The notes under the pieces: generated by a model
Databases searched by the model: none
Told to the model about the DNA's origin: nothing
Seen by the model: the letters and a program-made list of their open reading frames with translations, nothing else
Position numbers and translations under genes: made by a program
Source: the human T2T-CHM13v2.0 reference genome, Homo sapiens
Assembly: GCF_009914755.1 (NCBI RefSeq)
Contig: NC_060944.1
Reading direction: 5' to 3' (one strand)
DNA: 64,000 bases
Part shown: piece after piece, positions 32,948-50,054 of the stretch
Position numbering within the stretch: position 1 is the first letter of the stretch
How the letters are laid out: every line of letters starts with the position of its first letter

Positions 32948-33750
32948 AGAAGTCTGTTAAGGATAGTTTTAAGGTTTATTCTGATGCCACAGGACTCTTC
33001 TTAGATTCCTCTTTTTTGCTTCTTTTTGGTGAACTAGCTAGGGTATTGTTTAGCTTGTTGTTCTTAGTACCAGGAGCACCCTTATGCTTGCACTTCTCCA
33101 CACTCTGTTTTAGATAAATTCAGTTTCTTTGGAGAGGGCATCAGTGCTCTTTTCTTATAGTCTGCCTCTCCCTCAGCAAACTCTCTAAGCCATTATTCTG
33201 GGTGCTGGGCAGGGCGGTAGCCTCTGGTCTTCTTTGTTTGCCCATCCCAGAATGAAATATCTGATTTATACATGATTTGCGGGGCAAGGGTGATTGGGAC
33301 CTCAGTTTTCTTGGGAAAAGAAACTTCTTTCCTGGGGTTGAGTCTCTGTCTATGAATAAGTGATGGCTATAGGAAAGTAGCCTCCAGCCTCTCAGATGTG
33401 CACACCAGGATCCAGCCTCTTCAACTTGGAGTTGGAGGGGATGAGAAATGCCGGCAGCCTGCTCCTCCTGGTGAGATAGAGTAGGACTTGGTTGGGAGCT
33501 GAAAGGAGAGGCAGCCCCAGTCTTCTTGGCCACACTCAACCAGAGTGAATCTTCTATCAGTATGAGCTGGAAGTTGGGGGGCAGGGAGTGGGTCATGGCC
33601 CAAATGCCACAAACTAGCTGTTTTTAGCCAGTTTCAGTAAATTTTTCTTGAAAACATATTCTTAATTTGTTTTATGCTCTTAGAACATTTTCCAAATACT
33701 CTGGGAAGTTGGAGTCTGTGGAGCTTCTCGTGCTGTCATCCCAGAAGTAG

Positions 33751-34080
<330 letters not shown>

Positions 34081-34289
34081 ACTGTGTTTTGTCTTTTATA
34101 TTTAGATTTACAGTTTATCTGTAATTTATTTCTGTGTATGGCATGAGATATAATTCACATTTTTTTCACTTGTGTATCTACTTGCTCCAGGAACATTTAA
34201 AAATACACTTTCCCTACTGCTTTGCTATGCCATAATTGTTGAAAATTAAGTGTCCATATATTTGTGGAAAGTGAAACGTGACAGAAAAA

Positions 34290-35410
34290 TAAAGCAAAAA
34301 AGGAATGCAAAATGCTGGAGGGGGTGTGGTTAGGAGCTTGCTCAGGGACGACCCTGCCAAGAAGGTAACATTCCAGCAGAGCTGAAGGAGATGAGGGAAG
34401 AGCAAGCCATGTGAAGCCATCTGGAAAGTGCTTTCCAAGCAGGGGGTACAAGCATGTGCAATGCTTCTGAGATGGGAGGGTGTGTGGGCTGCTCAAAGAA
34501 CAGCAAGGAGGCCAGAGAAATAGTATGGGGTCGGAGAACAAGAAGGAGCAGATCCCAGGGCCTTGTAGGAACTCTGGGACAAGGTGTACTGGAAGGTTTT
34601 GAGCAGACAGGTGCCATGATCTTACTCCTTTTGGCTGCCAGTGCACAGGTGACTGTCAGGACAAGAGTGGAAGCAGGGAGACCAGTGCAGAACCTATTGT
34701 AATAACTCAGGCAAAAGACAATCTGATTGTAGCAGTGGAGGTGGTAAGGAGCAGTTAGATTCAGCCTACACTTTAAAGGAAAGCCAACAGGATTTGTGAA
34801 TGGATTGGTTGTAGAATCACAGAAGGAAAGTAAAAATTCAAGGATGTCAGGTGGTGGCCCTCAGTGAATCTAGCCTCTGCTACAAATGCCCTTAGGCTGT
34901 CCCTCCCTCTTGAATCTGGGCTGAACCAGGTGATTTAATATAAGCAATAAATGTGGCAAAAGTGATGCTGGGCCATTATGGACCTAAACCTGTAGAAGGC
35001 CTGGTAGTTTCTGCTTTTGTGCTCCTGGGAAGCTTGACCTGCCGTGTCTTTTTGGCATGTGGTGTGGAAAGATGCTGTAGAGAGGCTCTGAGCCTGCATG
35101 GAGTAAGAAGGACACTCAGCCATCCAGCATCCCAGCTCGGCCTATCTCCTAGCTCACCTTCCAGCTAAATGCAGCACACTAGTGACTAGCAGCAAGAGCA
35201 GCAGAAAAACCACTGAGTTACGTTAAGCTCAATTTACAGAATTGTGGGCAAATAAAACAGTTGTTGTTTAAGCCATTAAGGCTTGGGGTGATTTGTTATT
35301 CAGCCATAGAACATGAAACAGATGACCCCCAGAGTTTTGGCCTGAGTGCACAGAAGGATGGAGCTACCATTTACCAGGTGGGAAAGACTGCTAGTTAACA
35401 GGTTTGGGGG
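34290..35410 (-). mobile_element. L2 fragment split by MLT1
   Basis: L2 motif caaggatg|gatgacccccagagttttggcctgag joins across the MLT1. Confidence 0.65.
34850..35320 (+). mobile_element. MLT1 (MaLR) LTR inserted in L2
   Basis: MLT1 3' end aataaa...gttgtttaagcca...ggggtgatttgttattcagccatag...aca. Confidence 0.7.
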
Positions 35411-37009
35411 AAGAACCTGGGTGGAAAGATTAAAATCTTACTACTTGTACATGGAAAAGAACACATGTTTTTCTTAATATATTGGAAGATATCCTCTACC
35501 TCTTAAGCATTACTGGATTTTCCAAGGCCAGGAAAGATCATTTTAGGAGTAACTCTTTGGATCTCCATCATAATAGCGACAGTAAAGGTTAAAGGAATTG
35601 TTTTGAATTTTTTTCTTTTAGGCTTCTGACACTCTGTTGACAAAGAAATCCCCATGGCAATTCAAGGCAAAGAAACTCCCACCCACAAAGTTTTTCTGCA
35701 TTGCCACTTGTGGTTTCAGGGCTTCAGTAACTGCACCATGTAAAGGAGAAACCACTGGACTCACTTTCTCTCCCAGCTTTCCACAACTGGTCATAATGAA
35801 CCACCTTGGGCTTGGCTGATGGTCTTCTGGAAGCTGAGTGTGCCGCCTTGGAGGGAAGCCCTTGCCAGTTTTAGATTTAATCCTTCCTGTGGCCAAACAC
35901 TTTAGAGACAGAAGCATGGGGGAAAAAAAAAAGATTGCCTGGTCAATTTGGTCAGCCTGTGAGTTTCTGATCATAGACATCTGGCTAATACCTTGCGGAC
36001 TTGAATGCAAATTAAGTGCTGGGGAGGGGTGGTGTGTTCCTTAAGAATTCTTAAGGCCCCAGAACAAATATTAATGTGATATTATTAACTTTATGTTTCC
36101 AACCTCCCATTCACTCCCCCTATAGCCCACTACATTTACCTACTCATACTTCCTTCCCCTGGTTAATCGGCTTCTGGGAAAGGTTTAGAATACAACTAAA
36201 TGAAAACAACTTAATCATACACATTAATCATATACACAGGGATTCATTGCTGCTGGGCTCAGCCTTGTCTTGGGCCAGCGTTCCTGGGAGGGGGAGTGGC
36301 TTCCACCTCTGTTCCCTCTGAAGGTCACCAGCCACTGCAACCTTAAGGTGAACAGGAAGACTGGGTTTTGCGGGCAGAGGGGACTCCCAGTGTTGAGCGT
36401 TTATAGGATTTATGTCAGAACAATGCTGATGTGCCTTAAACATTTAGTTTTAAGAAAAATTTTGGAAGACATTAAGAAAAATTTACCATGAAATTATGTT
36501 ATGAACAGCCAGACTTGAGAGATGCCCTTTTGGAAATGGGTGTTGTGTGAGGCCCCCATGGCATGCACGTCGTGAAAATGTGTTCGTGACACAGGACACT
36601 GTTCTGGCCTCTGCAAATTTCTTAAAGTCATGAAACGCCTTTAGCTAAAGCTTCTTCCAACTACCGTTAACACCATTCCAGGTCATTTCCTTGAAGGCAT
36701 CCACCAGTCCTTGATGAACTGTTGCTCTTCAGCTTCTGTTTACTTCACCATATCCTTAAAAGTGTTTGTCTGTCTCCAGCAGTCTGGTGCCTGTTAACAC
36801 TGACTTAGTTGCGAACTTCACAAACTTTTGTGGCATATCCAGCCTTATCACTCGGAGAATGTCCCTCCGATGTTACGGATGAAAATGGCTGAGCAGGTGC
36901 ACATGTCAGGAGGAGAGCCCCAGTGAGGGGCATAAGCAGACTGGTGAGTCCACCCTCAGTGGAGGGCCTAAAAACCCTAGTGGCCAAGAATACATGTGGA
37001 GTGGAATGT

Positions 37010-37330
37010 GTTTCAGTGTGAAGTCCTCCAGAAGCAACCCTGAGATAAGGAGTTGACTCCAAGTAGTTCATCTGGGAGATGATTTCAGTAAACACAGGTA
37101 GGAGAGTCAAGAAGGAACCAGAAAAGGGGAGAAAGCCAACACAAGGTGTACTAAGTCAACTACCAGAGGGGGAAACTGAAGCTTAATTCCTGTAGGAACT
37201 CTCTCAAAAACTGCGAAACACATATTCGGTATTATCGCACCCAAGTAGCAAAGGAGCTAGCCAATTTATACACCAACTTCTAGGGAGTGCTGATTCCCTG
37301 GCACTTGTGGCCTACAGCACCCAGAGACAG
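37010..37330 (-). mobile_element. ERVL LTR fragment (LTR16/LTR33-like)
   Basis: Reverse complement of the aactacttg...ccttatctcagggttgcttctggagga LTR end motif. Confidence 0.5.
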
Positions 37331-38279
37331 AATAGCTTTCCATCGTTCTGGAAAAAGCCTGTCAAAGTTGTGTGGGGGATACTAAAACAGTGAGGTCCAA
37401 GAGCAATGACCATGGCCTGCTCTAGGATGCCTTCCAGGCTGGCTTTCATTGGCTGAGACCTTACCACAGTGCTTGTTGTATGCACCTGCAGCCTGAAAAT
37501 ATGGATATCAGCTATTCTGCTCAGCATTGTCATAGATTTCCCCAGAAGTTTAAGGAACAAATATATGTACTGGGCATCATTAGGCTGAGCCAGCATTGTA
37601 TGGGAAAGCAGTAAATGAGGGATTGTGTAAACCTATAGGTCTGGTCATCTTTTTGTGATATTATTAAATGAAAACTGCAGGCTATAGAACCCCATTTTGG
37701 GAGTTCAATATAGCACCATTTTTTGTGTTAAAAACACACAGAAAATTCATGCATAAAGAGTCTGTAGGGTGTTTATTAAGGGTTGCCTCTAGGGAAGTAG
37801 GATTATGAGCTAAATTTTTATTTAAAATTTACATTTTTAAAATTTTCCTTATCTATTTTCTAATTTTTTTCCTAATAAGCAGACTACCTTTGTAATAAAA
37901 ATGGCCAAATCAAAAAATAAAAGATCCCACAATTATTAATACAATCTCAAGATTCAAGAATGATGCTCTTTTCTAAATCTTCTCTTCTTCATTCCCTCCC
38001 TTCCTTCTTCCCTCCTTCCATCCAGTGTCAAAACAGAGTGACCTCACTTGTCTGCAGGTCACTGGTATGCAATATTACCATTCTCAAATGTGGGAGAAAA
38101 CTGGAAATTATGCAAAAAAGGCTTTTGAGTAGCCCCGAGAGATGTCCTCATACCCGTAAACCAAAATTCATTCACTTTGCTCACAGACAAGCCCCTCAGA
38201 CTAGCATCTAGGACTTATTTATACATACTTTGTAAAAAAAATTCTAACATATTGATATCCAAATTCAATTTCACATTAA

Positions 38280-39226
<947 letters not shown>

Positions 39227-40809
39227 CATCAAGTTCACATTTAGACATGGTAATTAGAAGGTAAGAAAGGGCCTGCCATAGGCAGACATACTGAAGGCAG
39301 AGAAAACAGTGGCAGAGCTGACAAGACAGTCCAATCAGCACAGGCACTCCAGGTGCCTTAAGCAAAATCACATGCTCTTGTCTCCTCACCAAGCCCTGAA
39401 GATGCCCCTGTTTCCAAATCCAGAGCTAGGTCACAGTGACCACCTTGAGGAATCCAGACCAGGCTTAATTCTACTCAAGAGAACCAGATATCCAACACTC
39501 AGACCTTACAAATAAATCAAATATAGGCACACAGTTAAAAGCATCCATGTTAAAAGTGGGCACCTTAAAATACAGCTTCAGATTCTTGGTGATATAAGCC
39601 AGATTAGAGAATGAGGTTATTTTCTCATCTGTTTCTACTTTTTCTACTTTAGTGTGAAATGAAGTTGATTTTACATCTCTCAGTATTCTCTGGTTCCAGT
39701 AGCTGATCTTTAATATCCGATCTGATAAGGAAGGAACTTATATTACCTGTTACATTTTTGCCTCCATGATTCTGAATATCACTATGTTCCCCCTCTTGGC
39801 TTCACAATATTCCTTAAAAAAAAAATGTAGAAAATTGAAGAGTAAAGTCTTGACAAACTGTTCTTGGAGACGCTGTGCTCTTTTATACTGGCCAGTTTTT
39901 GAACTCTTAATAAAAGGGGTCCTTAACAAGCTCAAATGTTTAAATATAAATGGAAAAAGGGCAAAAGGAGATGAAAGAAGTGGCATTCCTGGTGAAACTG
40001 GTCAGACGATTTTCAGACTCCAAAGTGTCCTGATAGTTTTATGTGATCCAATCCAGTTCCTGAAAAATCTCTGCCAACAGGTAACAGGTCTTCAAAAGCT
40101 TTTGAAGCCAAAGGCTCCCCACCAGCCAGCCCATCTCTCACTAAGTTCTCAGCCTCATTAAGAATGAGAAACAGATACCACGGCACCAACCTGTCTATGA
40201 GAGCACAGCAAGACAAATGTAATTGCCTGTACCAGGAATACAAATCAGCAACTCTCAAATTATTCATATTTACACCCACTACATTTTGGTTGTCTTTCCT
40301 TTATAATTTGGCCATACATTGATGTCAAGTGTATAATTTTATCTGGGATTTATCAGTTACCGCCCAGAGCCATGATTACATGGTGCAGGGCACTTCCTCC
40401 CCCTGAGCAAGTCTATCTTTAGTATCTTCTTGATAACCACTTCTTACATAAAAAAAAAAGAAAAAATCAAAAGGAAAATCTTGGTTTTCTTATGTGGCTC
40501 CAGAATCCCTGAATATAACACTTAGAAGTAATTTATCAACTGAAACTATCGAGCTTTTAGCTGCCACTACAATTTTTCAAAGCAAAGTGTTCTTATTCTT
40601 TCTCTTTGTTATTTTTATCAAATTGCAAGAGAAATTTTAGGGACTTCCATATTGAGCATTCAATCATGTACTAAGTTCAACTTGCATCTTGCCAGTGTCT
40701 TCTTTAACTGCGTAACACTGGCCTTGGAACAATCAGAACAACAGCAAGATGGATAATGGTATGATTTCTGGGAGAACATTTTATAAACAAAATAAATAAT
40801 AGCTCTCTA

Positions 40810-41778
40810 ACCAAGGATTCAAAAGATAATTTATTAGTCTGAGAAGAGGAGTCACATACTATACCCAGTAATACGCTTCTTTTATTTTTGTGCCTTTATC
40901 TTAAAAATATATTTAAACAAAAACAAAGATAATATTGAATTTTCCCATAAACTTTGCTTTCTTATTTACAGTGTTATATTGTAAATAACTTTCCATTATA
41001 CACAAATTAAGGACTGTGCATTACTGTATGTTCTCTTTACATATTCTTTCATAATATAGTCCATACAGCTCGAAGCTATGCAATATTTAAGCTTAGAAAA
41101 GCTTGATGAAATAAGTACAAACTGTATCAATCAGACTATTATTTAAAAAGGTTCTGACATTAATTCTCTGCTAGATTGTTTCACTGAAACCATTCTTTGT
41201 TAAAGAAAAATGCCCCATATAAGGGATGAGAACAACAGTTTAAGTTACCACAGGATCCACTTAAACTGGTTAACAAATAAAAACACTTTATTACTTATTA
41301 CTGTTATTAAATGGAGCACTACCACTGTCAAGTCATTTAAACAAGTAGATTTACTCTTCAGTTCTGACATATCACATCAGCGACAGTTGGTACCTCTTTA
41401 CGAAATAAAAAATGTTTCCTGCAACTTTAGGTTTTACTTGTAAACAGTTAAAGCACACATTTTGTAAAGATGATTTAACCATTCCTGGTCACACAATGAG
41501 GAGTTTCTATTTCATCCACGGAGAAGCAAACACACATACTCCACACATACACATATGTGCGCACATACGCGCACACACTCACACACAGTCCCGCTCACCC
41601 ACCAAAGGCCCGCGTGTCACTAAGCGCTAACTACAGCAGCACTTGTGTCTCGAGCAGTGCACGAGGTTGCAATAGGAATTATAAAACAAGAAAGATAAAA
41701 CAACCAACTTCAGTTAAAAACCCCCAAAAGCTCAGGTTCTGAAATGCCTCTGAGACGCTTCACACTCAGCCTGAAGGG
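40810..41778 (-). other. TASP1: TASP1 3'UTR (~1 kb)
   Basis: Repeat-free AT-rich sequence after the stop codon. Minus-strand AATAAA at 41287-41292, 40881-40886 and 40830-40835. End point inferred from the distal signal. Confidence 0.7.
40830..40886 (-). terminator. Tandem polyadenylation signals of TASP1
   Basis: tttatt at 40830-40835 and 40881-40886 = AATAAA on the minus strand. Confidence 0.6.
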
Positions 41779-41871
41779 TCAGTTCACTGGGCTCTCCAGG
41801 CGGCACACCCCACCTTCGATTGCCACAGACTGTCCTGCCACCGCACCAGGAGGAAGTCTTGAAATGTGAGT
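41779..41871 (-). CDS. TASP1: Terminal coding exon of Taspase 1 (threonine aspartase 1), last 30 aa + stop
   Basis: Minus strand: pyrimidine tract ctctgctgtctctctctctctgcAG, then ACT CAC ATT... = THISRLPPGAVAGQSVAIEGGVCRLESPVN-TGA (stop 41779-41781), phase 0. The peptide matches the human TASP1 C-terminus from memory. Not shown in this frame by the ORF track. Confidence 0.9.
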   Translation of the reverse strand, partial: THISRLPPGAVAGQSVAIEGGVCRLESPVN

Positions 41872-43104
41872 CTGCAGAGAGAGAGAGACAGCAGAGCATC
41901 AGAGGGGTCAGCGGTGTCCCTTGCCACACCCCTACCCGTGTCCAAAAAAGGTGGAGGAAACACCAGAGCATTAGGCCTTCATTTTGCTTCTGAGCATCCA
42001 CAGACTGTACCACTGGTAAACTTTAGTTACTGAAAGATCGTTTGTTCAAATCGCTCAGGAAATATTTACTGAGCATCTGCTACATGCCAAGCACAGCACT
42101 AGCAACTTGAGATACAGAGGTGACCAAGTTAGCCAAGACCCCTGACCGCACAGAATGTATAGTTTAATTATATTCACAAGAGTAGCAGTTTTAATGCCAG
42201 CTCTATTGAGTATAGTCATTATGTGAAAACTAGTAATTTGTATATGTTTTGTCTTCTAAACAGAGTAACTAAGGATACTTAATTCATGTTTATATCCCAA
42301 ATTTATTCCTTAAAGAATTTCAGTAGCTTACAAAAACTCAGATAATTCAATAGCCTAAAGTAGGAGAGGAAATGAGAAGAAAAATAAGAGCTTACAAAAT
42401 AAGGTAAAGACGGAAGTGGGGCCAACGAAGAAATCTAAGCTGAGGAGTTTGGTACCCGTGCCAGAGGCAAGCCTGCTGCCCTGTCTCTCAGTTTCCTAGC
42501 AGCAGAGATCAGGTAGGTGGTTCATGTAGCATAAAGATCACAGCAAACCCACTGCTTGGATGAGAACAATTGTTCCTGGCACTGAGACCAAGGAGCCATT
42601 TCTCCTATAGTCTTTGTAAAGAGGGCACTGTGTTTAGTGACTGAGTGAAGACATCAGCTATACAACAGGGAGTTTTGTAGGGCTGAGTGTTACAACATCA
42701 CTCAGAGGAGGCTGGGGCTGGAGGCTCCGGTAGAAGACAGTAAGCACTTCACTCTGTTTCATGAGGGGTCAGGATGAGGTCAGCCAAGAATTCCTCTTTT
42801 TGGTGATCTGGCTTAATCCAAGGATAGATAAATGTCTGGAATTTCTAAGAAGAAAGAGGGGCTGCATAAACTTCACGCAATCCTCTCTACTTGTTCTCTA
42901 AACGAGCTTTTCCTAAGTACTGAAACATGGTGAGTCTCATCAGAAGACAAGAACCTTGGTCTGAAAAAGTGTGAGCCAAGATGTGTTTGAAGCTTCCTGT
43001 GGAGATCTCAATGGGGCATCAAATCATATAAACAGTGGGAGCCGTTTAAGAAAATGTTTTATATGAGCTTATCTCCAGAGTTCTTTTTGAAAGAAGTGAG
43101 CTTA

Positions 43105-43535
<431 letters not shown>

Positions 43536-44034
43536 CTAGAGTATCCTACAAGCAGAAGAACTTAACAAAGTACCTTTACAATATTTAAATAGCAATGCAT
43601 TTTTATTGGAATTTGGAACTAATGGGAAATAACACATTAAAATGATACATGAAAAAGCAGCAGACATCTATTTTGGGTCATCTCCCTCCACTCCTTGCTA
43701 CATGCCCTGCTCATACATCTCTCTGTGATACCATGTCTCTGGCTTTTTCTCAAGGGAAGCCTTGACCAGGCACCCAACTCAACTTAGAAGTTCTTCTTTT
43801 AGCTCCTATAGCACCCATATGAGCATTTCTCATCCAGTCTTGGTTTTGAATCTTTAGGTTTCTGTAATTGAAAGTCGGTTTTGGGCAGAAGCTTTGTTAC
43901 ATACATCTCAGTTTCCCTGTACCTGACCATGTGTTTCACACAGAAGCATACTACTCCGGAAATGCTGAGTGGGTAAATGACTGAAATAGACCATTCTAGG
44001 GCTATGTTTATGTAAACATGCAGAATCTTAAGGC

Positions 44035-45320
<1,286 letters not shown>

Positions 45321-45417
45321 AAGAATTTTAAGTGTTTTAACTGATATGACCAATCTGTTTGGCTGAAAAGTGAATCATACTAGTTTGCCATAGTAAAGAT
45401 TAATCTTAGATTTTTTT

Positions 45418-46042
<625 letters not shown>

Positions 46043-47050
46043 ACTTTGTTTTTTTTTTAAAGTATAGACTAACTAAAATTTTCCACTTTCCAGTTGATGG
46101 CACTGTTAGAATAGAGATGGAGCTTTAGATTCTCAGATGCAAACAGCTCCACACCAATGGGATCCACTGGCCGTGTAGTTATAATTTGCCGCTTTCTTGC
46201 TAATTCCCTAAGAAGCACAGACAGATTCTTGAGGTTAACACCCCTTGAAAAACTATCAACTTATAAATTAAACTGACTGTTCAAAGCCAATATTAGGGCT
46301 ATATCTTTTTATAAAACCAAATACAATGGATTAACAAATTTAGCTCGAAGATTTTAAAATAAGAAAATTAAGAGAAAAGTAATATAGAAAGTATATAATT
46401 GCCTGATAACCTAATCACAATCTAAGTAGTAGCTAAAATTTCCTGTCATTCATACTCAATGTTAAGATCTTCCAAGACCACCTTAGAAACTGCTCTTGTA
46501 TGGTTTCTAGGAAAACTGCACACAACTTAATTTTAAAAGTCCTCTTCCAGAGAGAGATCATTGGAGGCATGAGCAACTTAAACAGCAGTCAAATGGGGGC
46601 CCTTGAGTCTTGTCCATTTGTTGTATAGTGCTGCATTAATAACATTCTGACAAATCCAGCACAAGGAGGAACATGAAAAACACTAGGGTAAAGTTGTTTG
46701 CATGGGCATTTTCCTTCCTGGAAAGCAGGACTCTAGCCTCCTGAGACAAGTGTGTTCAGCTCAATTTTATGTTACCACGTGCTTTTGAAGAAACAGATAT
46801 CTGTTTCCACCACTTTCCCTTCTCCTGTTAATTCTTACTTATTTTTCAAATTGCTGAGTCATAGAAAACATCTAATTTTTCATGCACTAACAATGTCACA
46901 TGAACTTTAATATAATCTGGAATACTGTGTATAGTTTATAGAATAAAAATCCATTTAACAACAAGTTAAGCTTCTCTTCTGTATTTATCACTACTTGGGC
47001 AATGTAAATATGGTATATGGTACTGTGAGACTGTACTGTGAACTGGGTAG

Positions 47051-47415
<365 letters not shown>

Positions 47416-48729
47416 CACCCTCAGCTGTCTTTTAGTGCCACAAACGTGATACACCTTAAATGACTAAGTCCAGAGAGAAAGGCAAGAGAAGGGCTGGGGA
47501 AGTGTGTCTGGTTGGTTTTTATTGCCTTGTTTCTATTGTGGGCTTTTACATTTTTTTCTCTCTTAATGAGTTGACTCAGGAGACACTGCCACCCACCCCT
47601 ATCCTTTTCCCAGAAGTTCCCTACCCATCGCTTTTTAAGAGCTGTCTTTCAAAAAGACACAATTTGTGAATAACTATATTCTAAGCATTCTTTGTGTGCA
47701 GCATTAAACCTTGGAATGTAGTTAACTGCTCTAAAAATAGAGTTTGGTCGTCAGACTTCATCCTGAAAGCAGATGTACTCAACTAGCTGACAGTTTCACA
47801 TGAACCTTCTTAATATAGTCTAGAATAATGTGTATATTTTATAGAATAAAAATCCATTAACTATGGGTGAAAAGATCTGGGTGCCCACTTACTAAGCCTG
47901 TGTGATATTGGACAACGGAAAATGAAGACTGGGTTAGATGGTCTCTAGAGCATCCTTTCAGAGTTTGGACAATCTCTGATGCTGACTTCATTTAGCTTGT
48001 GTATACATTGTTAATGAATCAAAAAAAAAGTATTTACTTCTATTTTCTCATTGTCTTAAATTAAAAGTATTAAATAGGCCAGAGCAATTTGAAGATACAA
48101 TTCCCGAGTTCAGCCAACCAATCAGAAATATCAACAGAATGAGAAAGGATTGCCATATGTTATTTATCTTACTGTGTGTCGCTCATACCTCATTCTCCAC
48201 GTTGAAAACAAGGATGCCAGATGAAACACAAAGATGACATTCGGGTAAATTTCATTGTTAGCACTGAAACAGGGATATATACAGGGCAAAAAGTTCTATT
48301 GTTCTCACATACAAATATCATGTCTAAGGAGCCTTAAAATAAGATTAAAATGCTGTCTGATGAGAACAGCATATTCTTCCAGCCTACAGGCCACTTTGGT
48401 TCTTACTATCACCAGGCTCACTGACACCACACTTCAGTCAGAGGCAACATCAGACAAGAGTTCCCTCCTATTTTTAGGTTAAAAGCCCAGTGAAGATACT
48501 CACATAAACATGGCAAGCCCCACAGTAACTATTATTTCACCACTCACATGGAGAATTATCATGAATATTCCCTCTTGCTACAGGTGATAAAAGTGCTCCA
48601 TTATTTAACAAATATTTATTCTGCAAGTTATTATGGGGGAACAGAAGAATGAAACATGGATCTCGCTCTAAGTGCAATTATGTCTTTGCAGGATGCAGAA
48701 ACTAGTTCTTTGTGAAATCTTAACAATAA

Positions 48730-48960
48730 GTCCCTATATTTGCATAATGCTTTAGTTTCCATAGCACTTTTGCATCAATGAGATCCCTCAAAATACCATG
48801 TCAGACAGAAAGATGTATACTATACCTATTTTTTTCAGATGAAAAAAAAAATGAGACAGAATGATAATGTGGTTTGCTTATGGTCAGAAAGGAAGTGGAA
48901 AAATTGAGATGTGAATGAAAGCCTCTGAACTCCAAATTTAGGGCTATCTTGACTCCCCCT
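48730..48960 (-). mobile_element. MIR fragment
   Basis: atccctcaaaataccatg...cctatttttttcagatgaaaaaaaaaatgagacaga core-like sequence. Confidence 0.5.
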
Positions 48961-50054
48961 GAAGACTTACCATGAAGGAGGATTCTAAATCTGGCTCTGT
49001 TAAGAGACATGCCTTTAACTGCAGGAGGTTTTCAGGGTGAATCAGAGCTTGCTCAGGAAAGCTACTGGAACAAATCTTACCAACAAATTTCAAGATGATT
49101 CTGGGACTCAGAGAAATCGGTTTGAGCCTCAACTCTGCTGTTGATAGATTGGATAGTTTCTGGATCGGGAAATCACTGGCTCTCTGGGTTTCAATGTCTT
49201 TTTCGGTAAAAGTGAAAAACTTCAACTCAATTATATTCAGAGTTCTTTCTGATTTTGACGTTCTACGGAGTTTTACTACTGAGGGTTTCCCTTCAGGTCT
49301 GTAAGGGGAGGCTATGGGTCACCATTTCCTTGGTCAAGACAGCCCAAGGGAACTGTCTTTTCCTCTTCATAGGGAACCTGGCCTCAACATCCTGATGATT
49401 TGTACTAGGTGAAACCCAAAATGTCATTTATGGTCTTCTGGTTGGTAAGCTGCCAGATAACATGAATCTTACTATAGTTTGAAAAGAGCATCTTCTATTT
49501 GAAAAGAAATGAAAGGCTAACACTTAAACTATCATTAAGAATGAGGCTACTCTCCATTTGTGTAATGGACAATTTCCTGAGAATCTCAGTTAATCTGTCA
49601 GTGAGGAATTTTGGAGGGGAAAAATACAAACCACCAACAACTGATTTGAAGAAAGTTCTCTTTGTCAAAATCTTGTGCTTCCTGACTTACTGATCCGACC
49701 CATGCCCCCAAAGAACTGTTAAGGCACGGAGACCCAGAAAGCAGCATTTCTCAAGCTGACTTCTGCTGGGTCCTGGCAGGTGCTCTCTCTTTAAAAAAAA
49801 AAAAGCGGGGGGCAGTGCGGGAGCATGGGCAAAAGCTGCAAGTGTATTGCTCCACCTTGTTCTACCCTTCTTAGAGCCAGACAGGCACATGAGCACAGAA
49901 AGGTTCAGACATCCTGCATTCAAAAGACCTGTGTGACTCTGTCAAAGTTAGTTCATCCCAAATGTCAAGGAATGCCTTCCTTTAATACTAGCTGTACCTG
50001 GAACTACTACAAAAAATATGCTGAAACTTTCCTTTTATTTTACTCCAAAACGTA

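Noticed and set aside
41732-42013. 93-aa minus-strand ORF overlapping the TASP1 last exon
   Set aside because: Wrong frame; the spliced phase-0 frame gives the recognised TASP1 C-terminus.
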